DNA of 64,000 nt from a virus: positions 5,620 to 69,619 of the IMG/VR virus record IMGVR_UViG_3300047509_000085. The stretch is one strand, 5' to 3'. Every line of letters begins with the position of its first letter. Positions within the stretch are counted from its first letter, which is position 1. Below, one piece after another: positions 30,919 through 40,383 of the stretch. The notes under the pieces were generated by a model. The model was given only the letters and a program-made list of their open reading frames with translations, was not told where the DNA came from and made no database searches. Made by a program: the position numbers and the translations under genes.

Positions 30919-31322
30919 TGGCGACGGCGATGCAGATGGTACATGCGAAGGACCCGAAGGCCGAGATACTCGACGAGGTGGGGCCGTTCCTGAAGGACGT
31001 GCAGCCGTTGGGGACAGGGGTGCTGATCGGCGTCTACATCCGGCCGAACAAGACGGCCGGCGGCATTATGCTGGTCGATACGGTCGGCGCGCGGCGTGAA
31101 GATGCGTTTCAGGGCAAAACGGCTTTGGTGCTCGCAATGGGCGAGATGGCGTTTACCGAGGATGCGAACCATCGCTGGGGCGGCGTGATCCCGAAGGTGG
31201 GCGACTGGGTGGCGATCAACGTCGGCGATACCTGGGCGTTTGAGTTGGGCAGCCGAAGATGCCGGGTTGTCGAGGACGTTGACGTGAAACTGGTTCTGCA
31301 ACGACCTGACATCGTGTGGTAG
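30918..31322 (+). CDS. groES: GroES/Cpn10-like co-chaperonin
   Basis: QPLGTGVLI...KTAGGIML...VLAMG...KVGDWV. Confidence 0.8.
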   Translation: MATAMQMVHAKDPKAEILDEVGPFLKDVQPLGTGVLIGVYIRPNKTAGGIMLVDTVGARREDAFQGKTALVLAMGEMAFTEDANHRWGGVIPKVGDWVAINVGDTWAFELGSRRCRVVEDVDVKLVLQRPDIVW

Positions 31323-31330
31323 CCGTAACC

Positions 31331-31635
31331 ATGAAACCCCGCCGTAAACGACCGGGCTTTCTTGTCCCTGGCGCCAGCTCCCTACGCAACGGAGCCGTCC
31401 GAGACCTTAGCTCCTTCACCTCGGTTTCCCTACAATACCGAGCAGAGCGATTTGGCCGGGTTACGCGGGTGACAAACCCGCCTGGGTTCACCAGGGGCGG
31501 CCCGATCTTGCCAGCGCTCGTTTGTCCAGTGAGGTCCGGCAAGACCGCAGGATGTTGGTCCGAAGTGTATCACGCTGCGCATGGTCCGCTATCCCTCCTC
31601 GGCCTGAAGGCCGAGGTTTCCCGCGGAGTTTACCG
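31331..31635 (-). mobile_element. non-autonomous IS200/IS605-like element (MITE) with a probable TnpB-type RNA scaffold
   Basis: subterminal hairpins at both ends (CCTCGGCCTGAAGGCCGAGG; CCCCGCCGTAAACGACCGGG), ATGA at both boundaries, structured interior, no credible ORF. Confidence 0.6.
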
Positions 31636-32340
31636 ATGACGAATTTCCCCTTGATTCCAATGCCGCGTGTCTACGCCGATACCGAGACGATCGACAGCCT
31701 GCGGCGGATGCTTGCGGCGGCGAACGAGCTGCTGGGCGTTCGCGATCTCCAACTCACCGCGCTCCGCCAGGCGCTGCACGAGGCGACGACGGAGCGAGAT
31801 GCGCTGGCGCATGCCTCTGCACTCGTGCTGACCGACGCCACGGACCCTGGCCCGGCGCTGGTGGCGGAAACTGCGGCGACCATCCGCGCCACTGAGTTCA
31901 GCTTCAGCGATGACTGCTGGAAGTACGCGCTTTCGGACGGCACGATCGCGAAGGGTAATCCAGGCGATGCGCGCATGCCATGTGGGATGCCTTTCAGCGA
32001 ACGGTCGCAGTGGGGGGCGAACCAGGTAGCTCGAACCGACGACGGCAGCGATGCCCACGAGCCGCAGGCGATGATGGCGCGTCTCGGTGGCATCATGGAC
32101 CGCGCATTGCGCGATAGCGTTACGATCCTGCCAACCGACTCCGACGATCCGCAGTCGCCAGCGCCAGAGACCGCCATCGACACCGTGGTCGATGCGCTGG
32201 GCAAGCGGCTGGTGGGGGCGCCGGATCGGCAGCGTCTCGGCCGTGCGCTGGACGTGGCGAACGCGCCGGACGCGACGGATGACCGGCGGGAGCAGGACGC
32301 GGCGGTGAACCGGGCGTTCACGGGGCGCGTGCTGCCGTGA
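31636..32340 (+). CDS. hypothetical protein
   Basis: MTNFPLIP start restored by removing the element. Confidence 0.55.
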   Translation: MTNFPLIPMPRVYADTETIDSLRRMLAAANELLGVRDLQLTALRQALHEATTERDALAHASALVLTDATDPGPALVAETAATIRATEFSFSDDCWKYALSDGTIAKGNPGDARMPCGMPFSERSQWGANQVARTDDGSDAHEPQAMMARLGGIMDRALRDSVTILPTDSDDPQSPAPETAIDTVVDALGKRLVGAPDRQRLGRALDVANAPDATDDRREQDAAVNRAFTGRVLP

Positions 32341-33008
32341 TAACCGCGCTCGACCGCGTGACCCGCACGCTGGATCGCACCGGCTCGTGGGCAGCCTGGC
32401 GCATCGATGCGGCGCAGCACGCGGCGATGGTGGTGGAACTGCGGGAACTACGGATGCGCCAGGGGCTGCACGTCATTGAGGAGCCGGACGGTTCCGTGTG
32501 GGTGCAGGGGCGCAGGATCGGGGTGTGGCGGGAGGCTGAATGACGCCCTCTGCAAAGACAGCGCGGGAGTGGTGCACGCTGGAAGCGATCATGGAGCGGC
32601 GCGCGATAGCGGCAACCGCCTGCATGTTCCCGCCGGAACCGCCGCAGCGTTTTCAGGATCGGTTATGGGGGGTGTTTCTGGCGGACATGCCGGAACCGGC
32701 CATGCGGCTTCAGATCAGGCGAGTGCGTGGGCGCATTCGATGGCGTCACAAGAAGCGCCAGTTTTATGCCCGACGCTGACGCGCCCCCCAAGCTCGACGA
32801 CCTGCTCGCGGTCTGCGCGCGGCAGTCGGGGTTACGGGAGCACGCGATGACACCGAGCCACGACACGCTGCGCGCAGCACTGGTGGCGTATCCGGCGCTG
32901 GCGGACGAAGCGCGGCAGCGGCTGGCGACGATCGATGCCAGCGTGCTGCTGCGGGATCACATCAGCCGATGGCTGAAGGCGACATTGGAGGCCACGTTGG
33001 CCGGATGA
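32337..33008 (+). other. three small ORFs (32337-32543, 32540-32779, 32766-33008)
   Basis: overlapping start/stop packing. Confidence 0.45.
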
Positions 33009-33403
33009 AGATCGAGGAACTACCCATCTCGGTTCGGCTACTGAACGCGCTTAGGACGGCAGGGGTGCGGACGACGGATGAGATATGCGCCAGAAGTCGC
33101 ACGGAACTTCTAAGAATACGCAACCTTGGTCGAAAGAGCGCTAACGAGTTGACCGAGGTATTGCAGGAACTTGGATTGAAGCTGGCGGCCGAACCGCTCG
33201 AAGCAGACCCATTGAAGTGGCCGGCATATACGCTCGATCCAAGAGCCGCCGAACGACGAGAGCGTGCCGGCGCCATGCGTCAGCGCGGGATGACGTTCCG
33301 AGAGATCGGAGCAAAGCTGAACGTAAGTACGGGGCGAGCACGCGCGATCGTCGTCAAATACGAACGGTCCCTGCGATATCCCGAGGGAGCAACCAGGACA
33401 TGA
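33005..33403 (+). CDS. RNA polymerase alpha-CTD-like domain fused to a sigma70 region-4-like HTH
   Basis: IEELPISVRLLNALRTAGV...LLRIRNLGRKSANEL; GMTFREIGAKLNVSTGRARAI. Confidence 0.85.
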   Translation: MKIEELPISVRLLNALRTAGVRTTDEICARSRTELLRIRNLGRKSANELTEVLQELGLKLAAEPLEADPLKWPAYTLDPRAAERRERAGAMRQRGMTFREIGAKLNVSTGRARAIVVKYERSLRYPEGATRT

Positions 33404-34341
33404 GCGGCGTAGTAGACGACGACGAGACCGGCACGCAGGGCAACGGCCATGCGGCGGTATCGGACGACGACCTTCGCGAACTGCTGGCGCAGGAAAAGCG
33501 CGCACGGACCACGGCGGAGCAGCGGGCGGCAACGGAGCGCGAAGCCCGCGCCCGGGCCGAACGGGACCGCGACGAAGCCCGCGGCCAGGCGACATCGGCC
33601 ACCGATCAGCGCTGGGTGGCGGAGGAGCAGAGCCTGGAGGCGGGGCTGGCGGCGGCCGAAAGCGAAGCCGAGGCGCTGGAACACCGCATTGCGCAACTGA
33701 ACGCCGACGGCTCGTTTGCCGAGGCGGCCAAGGCGTCGCGGGCGCTGGCGCGGGCCGAGGCGACAATCGGGCTGATCGGGCAGAAGAAGGAATGGCTCGC
33801 CCAGGCCAAGGAGATGGCAAAGCAGCCGCCACCGCCGGAACGGACGGAGCGGCGTGCGGGTCTCGACCTGTCGGGCTACTCGGCCAAGCAGCGCCGCTGG
33901 ATCGAGGATCACCCGGAATACACGCAGATGGACGCGGCCGGCGAGCGGTTCCGCGCCCGAGTCGCTGCGGCGCACTACTCCGCCATGGCTGACAACATCC
34001 CCATCGATTCGGAGGATTACTTCTCTCACATCGAAAGTCAGAGTGCGACGGGATCACGGCGCCAGCGCGAGGTGGATGTTGATGAGGGCGACGATCCGCC
34101 GCCGCGCGTGCAGCGGCGCGATGCTGGCGGAGCATTGCCGGTAACTCGACGCGCTCCTGGTGGCAACGGTGCGAGGTCAGGAGAAGTTAGACTGAGCCCG
34201 GAACAAAGGGAGGCCGCCGATTTTACGATGCCTGATGTTCCGATCGACGATTACGAACTGAATGGCATCCGCCAGCCGGGACGTTATCGAAAGTATGCCC
34301 AGCTTCATGCGAAACTCAAAGGAGAGGGACGCTTGAACTAA
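33400..34341 (+). CDS. capsid scaffolding protein
   Basis: acidic coiled-coil, AAHY...DSEDYF, VRLSPEQREAA; position before capsid genes. Confidence 0.75.
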   Translation: MSGVVDDDETGTQGNGHAAVSDDDLRELLAQEKRARTTAEQRAATEREARARAERDRDEARGQATSATDQRWVAEEQSLEAGLAAAESEAEALEHRIAQLNADGSFAEAAKASRALARAEATIGLIGQKKEWLAQAKEMAKQPPPPERTERRAGLDLSGYSAKQRRWIEDHPEYTQMDAAGERFRARVAAAHYSAMADNIPIDSEDYFSHIESQSATGSRRQREVDVDEGDDPPPRVQRRDAGGALPVTRRAPGGNGARSGEVRLSPEQREAADFTMPDVPIDDYELNGIRQPGRYRKYAQLHAKLKGEGRLN

Positions 34342-34364
34342 TGTATCAGCATGGTAGAGTTGAG

Positions 34365-34482
34365 TCTGTGGTGCGGCGCGGTGCGGTCAGGTTAGGTGAG
34401 GCGCGCTGTGGTGGGGTGAGCCGAGGCATGGTGCGGCAATGTATGGAGAGTGGCGGCAGGGGTTATGCTCTTGCCGCCATTC
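34365..34482 (+). ncRNA. orphan GGY-NN pentamer array with 3' hairpin (putative gapped guide RNA)
   Basis: 15 in-phase pentamers 34370-34444, 12 starting GGC/GGT; hairpin 34448-34482. Confidence 0.8.
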
Positions 34483-34503
34483 GCATTTTAGGAGCTTGAA
34501 CTG

Positions 34504-34965
34504 ATGGCCATCACACTCCAACGCAGCGATCAGCGCAGCGAGCAGAGGCCGAGGCAAAGATTGCAAATCCGCACGCCCGGCAATCGCTTCGACATCGACC
34601 AGAGCCGTATACCGCAGGGGATGGCGTACGAGTGGAAGCGCAAGAACTTCATGGGCGCCGAGGACATCGAGCATCTGGTGAATTTGGATGCGAACGGCTG
34701 GACCGCGGTGCCGGCCGAGCGCCATCCGGAACTGAGCGGCACGCGGTTGCAGTCCGGTTCCGAGATCGTGCGCGGCGGCCTGATGCTGATGGAGCGCCCG
34801 GTCGAGATCACCGAGGAGGCGCGCGAGCTGGACGGCTTCGCGGCGAAGAACGCGGTGGCAAGCCAGGTGCAGCGGCTTGGCCTGAGCGCGCGCACGGTGA
34901 AGGGCGGGATCAAGAGGAGCTACGCTCCGCCGCCAGAGGATGCGATGGTGGCAGAGGATGAATAG
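34504..34965 (+). CDS. conserved head-module protein
   Basis: IPQGMAYEWKR...GWTAVPAERHPEL...GGLMLMERP. Confidence 0.75.
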   Translation: MAITLQRSDQRSEQRPRQRLQIRTPGNRFDIDQSRIPQGMAYEWKRKNFMGAEDIEHLVNLDANGWTAVPAERHPELSGTRLQSGSEIVRGGLMLMERPVEITEEARELDGFAAKNAVASQVQRLGLSARTVKGGIKRSYAPPPEDAMVAEDE

Positions 34966-35306
34966 GGGTATCCTGCGGCCTCGCATGGCGCAGCGTGTTT
35001 CTATGCAGCGTGTACCTGGTTCGGCAGCCCGGCAAGCGTGTCGCATAGGAATGATCGGATGACCTGCTGCCGACTGATTCCGGTGCCTCGCCGCCATGCG
35101 CCTTGCTTTTCCCACGAATACAGCGCGATAGTGCGCCTAGCCGCCCGATCAGATGTAGCGCTCTACCGCTTTCCCTGATCTGAGCCGCCTCCCCGCGTCG
35201 GGGAACATACGGAACCTGGGAGGTGGCACCGCGTCGGTCCACCTCCCGCCAGAACCTCAACCAGAGCCTCGCCGCGTCGGTGGGCCGCACATAGCGGAGC
35301 ACGACG

Positions 35307-35927
35307 ATGGCAGCCAATCCCCTGGCGCCTTCCGGTTTCAGCACTGCCAGGCAATTCGCCGGCGGTGTGCCGAACTACGGCAACCGCGAAGCACGCATTG
35401 CCTACAACTACACCGCCGCCCAGATCGCCTACGGTGATCCGGTCATCCTGTTCACCGACGGGACAATCCGCCTCTACACCAAGGGGCTCACCACCTGCTT
35501 CGGCATCTTCCGCGGCTGCAAGTACCTCAACCCGAACTCCGGGCGAATGGACTGGTTCGCCGGCTGGACCGCGCCCACGCTGCCGTCAACCACGGTGGTC
35601 GAGTGCTCAATCGACGCCGATCCGCTGATGACGCTGCAATGCCAGATGCGCGGCACGGCGCTCACCCAGGCATCGGTCGGGCTGAACGTCGATATCTTCA
35701 CCGGCACGTCCGGCGTCCCGACGCTGGCCCCGGCACTCATCTCCACCTGCGCGCTGGATGGCACCGCAGCCAACACCGCGACGCTGCCGTTCCGGCTGCT
35801 GCGCCTGGTGCCGGCGCCCGTCAACAGCGGGCCGTTTGGCTACAACGAACTGAACGACAACCAAATCTGGGAAGTCGCCATCAACACCAGTCCGAACCCG
35901 ACTGGCACGCGAACCGGCCAGGCATAG
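35307..35927 (+). CDS. putative capsid decoration/cement protein
   Basis: beta-rich, immediately upstream of the MCP. Confidence 0.65.
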   Translation: MAANPLAPSGFSTARQFAGGVPNYGNREARIAYNYTAAQIAYGDPVILFTDGTIRLYTKGLTTCFGIFRGCKYLNPNSGRMDWFAGWTAPTLPSTTVVECSIDADPLMTLQCQMRGTALTQASVGLNVDIFTGTSGVPTLAPALISTCALDGTAANTATLPFRLLRLVPAPVNSGPFGYNELNDNQIWEVAINTSPNPTGTRTGQA

Positions 35928-35939
35928 GGAGCAGCGGAC

Positions 35940-36848
35940 ATGGCAATCAACAGATCCCAAATCCGTGACTTCCTGCTGCCGGGTCTGGCAGACATCGAAG
36001 GCAAGTATCCGCAGATACCCACGCGCTGGCGCGAGTTCCTGGCGACGGGGACGAGTAAGATGGCGCTCGAACGCATCGCCGAGGCCCGCTACACGGGTCT
36101 CGCGCAGCTCAAGAGCGAGGGCAGCGCCACGACGTTCGACAATGCGCCGGGCGAGCGGTTTGTCTGGAACATCGAGCACAAGACCATCGGGCTCGGGTTC
36201 GCGATCACGGCGGAAGCGCTGGAGGACAATCTCTACAAGGACCAGTTCAATCCGCAGAGCATGGGGTTGCTGGAGTCCTTCGCGCAGACCAAGGAGATTT
36301 TGAACCATCAGTTGCTGAACAGCGCCGGCACATTCAATCCACTGTTCGGCGGCGATGGGCAGGCGTTGCTGTCGACTGCGCATCCGATCGACAACGGCAC
36401 CTACGCCAACCGGCCGGCGGTGGACCTGGACTTCAACGAGGCGGCCGTGGAAACCGCGCTGAACCAGATCAGGCAGTTCCCCGATCAGGCTGGGCTGCTG
36501 TCGATGAGCCGCGGGCTAAAGGTCATCGTGCCGCTGGCGCTGCAGTGGCAGGCGGAACGGCTGTTCAAGACAGAACTGCGGGTTGGCACGGCGAACAACG
36601 ATGTGTCGGCGATCCTTTCGTCAGGAGCCTTGCCCGAAGGGTTCGCAGTCAGCGAATTTCTGACGAGCAACTTCAGCTGGTTTATTACCACTAACGTTAA
36701 GGGGTTAGTGTACTACGAACGCGCGGCGTATGAAATGGACCTCCAAGTCGATCCCACAACCGGCAACCTACTCGTTATTGGACGGGAACGATATGGAAGC
36801 GGAATAAAGAACCCTCGCGGAATTTGGGGAACAATGCCGACTTCGTGA
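35940..36848 (+). CDS. major capsid protein
   Basis: MAINRSQIRDFLLPGL...GDGQALLSTAHP...RERYG..PRGIWG, resembling HTVC010P-like podovirus MCPs. Confidence 0.9.
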   Translation: MAINRSQIRDFLLPGLADIEGKYPQIPTRWREFLATGTSKMALERIAEARYTGLAQLKSEGSATTFDNAPGERFVWNIEHKTIGLGFAITAEALEDNLYKDQFNPQSMGLLESFAQTKEILNHQLLNSAGTFNPLFGGDGQALLSTAHPIDNGTYANRPAVDLDFNEAAVETALNQIRQFPDQAGLLSMSRGLKVIVPLALQWQAERLFKTELRVGTANNDVSAILSSGALPEGFAVSEFLTSNFSWFITTNVKGLVYYERAAYEMDLQVDPTTGNLLVIGRERYGSGIKNPRGIWGTMPTS

Positions 36849-36869
36849 TTACGGAACAGGAATAACCCC

Positions 36870-37316
36870 ATGGCAGGACCAGGAACCAACGTCGGCGGCC
36901 CGCTGCTTGTCGGCTCGACCGCCGCCAACTCCGGCAGCACGCTGCTCAACCAGACGGTGACGCTCGTCGCCAGCACCACCAATGCGGTGTCGGCGACCAT
37001 GACCGTGCCGCCCAACACGCAGATCGTGGATTTCACCATCGACACGACGACCGCCTGGAACAGCGCCACGTCCGACACGCTCACCATCGGCACCGTGGCC
37101 GGCGGCACGCAGTACGTCGGGGCCATCGACACCAAGGCGGCTGCCAGCAGGCTTCGCCCGACCTACACCGGGCCGCAACTGCTCGCGATGTCGAACACCG
37201 CCGGCAACACGGCGGTTGTCGTCACGGTGACGCCGGTCGGTAGCGCGGCGGCCGGCAACACCATCGTCACGATGTTCTACGACATGAACGTCACGCAGTT
37301 GGACAGCAACTTCTAG
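36870..37316 (+). CDS. virion structural protein
   Basis: Thr/Val-rich beta protein after the MCP. Confidence 0.7.
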   Translation: MAGPGTNVGGPLLVGSTAANSGSTLLNQTVTLVASTTNAVSATMTVPPNTQIVDFTIDTTTAWNSATSDTLTIGTVAGGTQYVGAIDTKAAASRLRPTYTGPQLLAMSNTAGNTAVVVTVTPVGSAAAGNTIVTMFYDMNVTQLDSNF

Positions 37317-37318
37317 CC

Positions 37319-37657
37319 ATGGTCGCGCCGATCACCCTGACACAGACCGGCGTCGGGTCCAGCGTCTGGAAAGTGCCAGCGCATAATATGGACCCGTTCT
37401 CGCTGCGGATCGAGATGTCCGTGACCGGCACGGTGGGATTCGCGCTTGAATACACCATGAGCGATGTGACCTCTGTCGGCGGATGGTTCGCCGCGGCACC
37501 TCCTGCGCCGATTGTTCGGCCAACAGCGGTTGCCGGGGCAGCCGGCGCGGCCGATTTTGTCTTCGATTCCCCGATCCGCGCCTGGCGCATCACCGTGGCA
37601 TCCGGCACCGGGACAGTGACCGCCGAGGCCATCCAAGCCGGCATCGGCAACATCTAA
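37319..37657 (+). CDS. virion structural protein
   Basis: operon packing; PIRAWRITVASGTG. Confidence 0.65.
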   Translation: MVAPITLTQTGVGSSVWKVPAHNMDPFSLRIEMSVTGTVGFALEYTMSDVTSVGGWFAAAPPAPIVRPTAVAGAAGAADFVFDSPIRAWRITVASGTGTVTAEAIQAGIGNI

Positions 37658-37670
37658 AGGAGCACGACAC

Positions 37671-38027
37671 ATGGCACGCAAGCGTAAGCGCAGCTACGGC
37701 GGACGGACGGGGTCCGGCGACGCCTACAACGCCGTCGGCACGCCGGCCATGGCCCGCGCCAAGGCCACGACATCCAGCGGCTTCGCCTCCGGCGGCGCCA
37801 CCACCGGGCGCAAGCGCGGCGGAATGATTGAAGGCAGCCCATCGGAAGAACGAGCCGATAAACGAGCGCGGGGCGGTTCTATTCCCGGTCGCGCCCATGG
37901 CGGAGCGGTTCGCGGATTGAAGAGTTCCGGCGGCAGCCCGTTTTCGTCAGCCCGTAGCCTGACCGGAGCATCCGGCAAGAGCGGGGCGGGCATGGAGGGA
38001 AGCGAAGAAGCCCCTGGCGAGCCCTGA
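37671..38027 (+). CDS. basic GG-motif protein
   Basis: FASGGAT, RKRGGMI, RARGGSI, RAHGGAV; RBS AAGGAG. Confidence 0.65.
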   Translation: MARKRKRSYGGRTGSGDAYNAVGTPAMARAKATTSSGFASGGATTGRKRGGMIEGSPSEERADKRARGGSIPGRAHGGAVRGLKSSGGSPFSSARSLTGASGKSGAGMEGSEEAPGEP

Positions 38028-38029
38028 AA

Positions 38030-38878
38030 CTACAAGAGAAATCCGCGCTCCCGCATGAACTCTATTGGGTCTTTTGCGCCCTTCTTAGCATTGCACCTTC
38101 GGCACAATATCTGAATGTTCTGCCGGACGTGCGGACCCCCTTTCTTGAGGGGTATGATATGATCGACCTGGAACGCGGTAAGACGCTCCCGACAGACCGC
38201 ACATTTGCCGCGTTGGGCGGCGAATATGGCTTTCACTTCCTTTGCCGTGATCCTGCCGGACGATCGCTTGGCTTGGGTCCGCTTCTCTTCGTTGAGCCGC
38301 TTGATGGTGACGAGTTTCTGCGGGTCGGTAGCGCGCAGATTAGCGAACCATGCTCGGTTGTACTTCCTGACGTGATCGCCGTTCAGTATGCGCCACTCCC
38401 GCATGTACAGCTTTTGCTGTGGTTTCGCTCTTTCCCTATAGGCTGGCTTTTTGGCCTTTACATAATCTCGTTGGTGATAGGCGGCTGCATAGGCTTTTAC
38501 ATGTTCCTTATTAGACTGACGCCATTTGTCGATCTTGGTCTTGCGCTTCTCTTTGTTGTTCTCGCGCCACTCGCGCTGAGTGGCCTTCTCCTTTTCGATA
38601 TTGGCTACGCGGTAAGCCTTTCTGTACGCCAGGAGCTTCGGTCTGTCTTTTGCGTATCGAGCCTTCTGGTAGCCCTTAACTTTTTCTATGTTCTTTTCGC
38701 GGTATTCTTTCGCGTAAGCCTTGACGTGCTCTTTGTTCTCAGCGCGCCAGTCCGACATGCTGAACTTGCGCGTCTCGCTTTCGCCAAGGGTGCGATACTT
38801 GCGCATGTAGGCAGCACGTTTGGCGCGATGCGCGGCCTTGCGCGCAGCTTCAATGTCATGGTCAAAGAGATCAGCCAT
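38030..38878 (-). CDS. HNH endonuclease with a long repetitive basic N-terminus
   Basis: CAVC...VDHIIPLKKGGPH...NIQILCRRCNAKKG. Confidence 0.85.
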   Translation of the reverse strand: MADLFDHDIEAARKAAHRAKRAAYMRKYRTLGESETRKFSMSDWRAENKEHVKAYAKEYREKNIEKVKGYQKARYAKDRPKLLAYRKAYRVANIEKEKATQREWRENNKEKRKTKIDKWRQSNKEHVKAYAAAYHQRDYVKAKKPAYRERAKPQQKLYMREWRILNGDHVRKYNRAWFANLRATDPQKLVTIKRLNEEKRTQAKRSSGRITAKEVKAIFAAQRGKCAVCRERLTAFQVDHIIPLKKGGPHVRQNIQILCRRCNAKKGAKDPIEFMRERGFLL

Positions 38879-38979
38879 CGGTTCCTCTCACACAGGGCCA
38901 TGGTCAGGGGCGGCAAACGGCGTTCGAGCGCCTTTGCCGTTCCGATTGTATCATGCCTCTCTAACGGGGCAATGGTGTA

Positions 38980-40032
38980 ATGGCATCATCGCCGGGATGG
39001 GTTCAAGGCTACGTCCCTACGGCGAATGAGTGGAACGCCGCCTTCGCCGCCAAGCTCGATGTCGCGACCGTCGTCACCAGCTTCAACACCCGCACCGGCC
39101 CGATCACCCTCGGGCCGACCGATGTCACCACCGCGCTCGCCTTCACGCCCTACGACGCCGCCAACCCCGCCGGCTACGTCACGGGCGCCGACGCAGCCGC
39201 CACCTACCTCACCATCACCAACGCCACCGCGACCTATCTGACGCAGGCCGCGGCGGCTGCCACCTACCTCCCCGCCACGTCCGTCCTGCCGTCGCTGCAA
39301 GGCTTCCTGGGCGGCCTCAACGTGGCGCAGAACATCGCCACGCCGCTGACCTCGCTGGACATCGCAGCAGGCGGCGCGACCGACAGCTTCAACGCCTCGG
39401 TCATCATTCTCCCCTTCGGCCTCACCAAGAGCATCGCCGCGACATGGGCCGCCGGCACCGCCGCGGGCGGCATGGGAACCGGGCTCACCGTCGCCGCCTC
39501 CACCTGGTATCACGTCTACCTCGCCACCATCGGCGGCAATACCGATGTGTTCTTCGACACCACGTTCGGTCCGACACATGCGCCGGTCGGCACCACGGCC
39601 GTCCGCCGCATCCGCAGCTTCAAGACGGACGGCGCTTCGCACATCATACCCGACGCGCAGAACGGCGACCGGATAGATTGGCTGACTCCCATCAGCGAAT
39701 TTGTCGGTATTCCAGGCGTCACAACCGCTATCGTCCAGACCTTGTCAGCCGTGCCAACCGGCGTTTCCGTTGCAGCCATATTGTACTCTGAAGGCAGCGA
39801 CGGTACTCCGGCTGCTGGCACATCTTATCTGTCATCACTTGCCCAGACAGACGTTCCATCCGGGTTTCCAGCGGCAACGGTGCATTGGACGGCGTCTGTC
39901 CTTAACCTGTCCACCGGGGTCGCAACCATTATGACCAACTCGGGTGCTAACATCAGACGGCGCGTCAGCACGACCACTGCGACCGTCAGCATCGCAACGC
40001 TTGGCTACATCGACACGCGCGGGCGCGGATGA
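38980..40032 (+). CDS. tail fibre-like protein
   Basis: VTSFNTRTGPITL, AAATYL repeats, WYHVYL. Confidence 0.7.
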   Translation: MASSPGWVQGYVPTANEWNAAFAAKLDVATVVTSFNTRTGPITLGPTDVTTALAFTPYDAANPAGYVTGADAAATYLTITNATATYLTQAAAAATYLPATSVLPSLQGFLGGLNVAQNIATPLTSLDIAAGGATDSFNASVIILPFGLTKSIAATWAAGTAAGGMGTGLTVAASTWYHVYLATIGGNTDVFFDTTFGPTHAPVGTTAVRRIRSFKTDGASHIIPDAQNGDRIDWLTPISEFVGIPGVTTAIVQTLSAVPTGVSVAAILYSEGSDGTPAAGTSYLSSLAQTDVPSGFPAATVHWTASVLNLSTGVATIMTNSGANIRRRVSTTTATVSIATLGYIDTRGRG

Positions 40033-40376
40033 TGGCGTGGGTGCAGATCGACGGTGGCGGCAAGGTGACGGGCATCTATGGCGGCCCGCAGCCGAACATC
40101 GCAGGCGTGACCAGCATCCCCGACAACGATGCGCGCGTGGTGGCGTTCCTGACCCCCGGCAAGCCGCAGCGTATCACGTCGACACAGTTCTTGAACCGGC
40201 TGCCGCCTGCTGTGCTGCCAGGGCTCACTGCCAACCCGCAGACCTTGATTATGCTCATCACGCTCGCCGCTGCCGGGGACATCGATCTGACCGATCCTGC
40301 CGTGGCCGCCGGGATCAACGCGCTCGTGCCGTCAGTGCTGACCGCCGCGCAGGCAGCGGCGGCGTTGGATCACTGA
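40029..40376 (+). CDS. tail-fibre-associated protein
   Basis: coupled to the fibre gene. Confidence 0.55.
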   Translation: MMAWVQIDGGGKVTGIYGGPQPNIAGVTSIPDNDARVVAFLTPGKPQRITSTQFLNRLPPAVLPGLTANPQTLIMLITLAAAGDIDLTDPAVAAGINALVPSVLTAAQAAAALDH

Positions 40377-40383
40377 GGCACCC

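Noticed and set aside
31316-31639. ORFs 31316-31639, 31216-31542 and the N-terminal extension from 31522
   Set aside because: They lie in the hairpin-rich mobile element and show no protein-like features
34387-35115. 242-aa minus-strand ORF
   Set aside because: Shadow of the 34504 gene; its C-terminus is the antisense of the pentamer array
38966-39010. tRNA-like start GGGGCAATGGTGTAATGGCATCAT
   Set aside because: No anticodon arm, T-arm stem or acceptor pairing; overlaps the 38980 start codon
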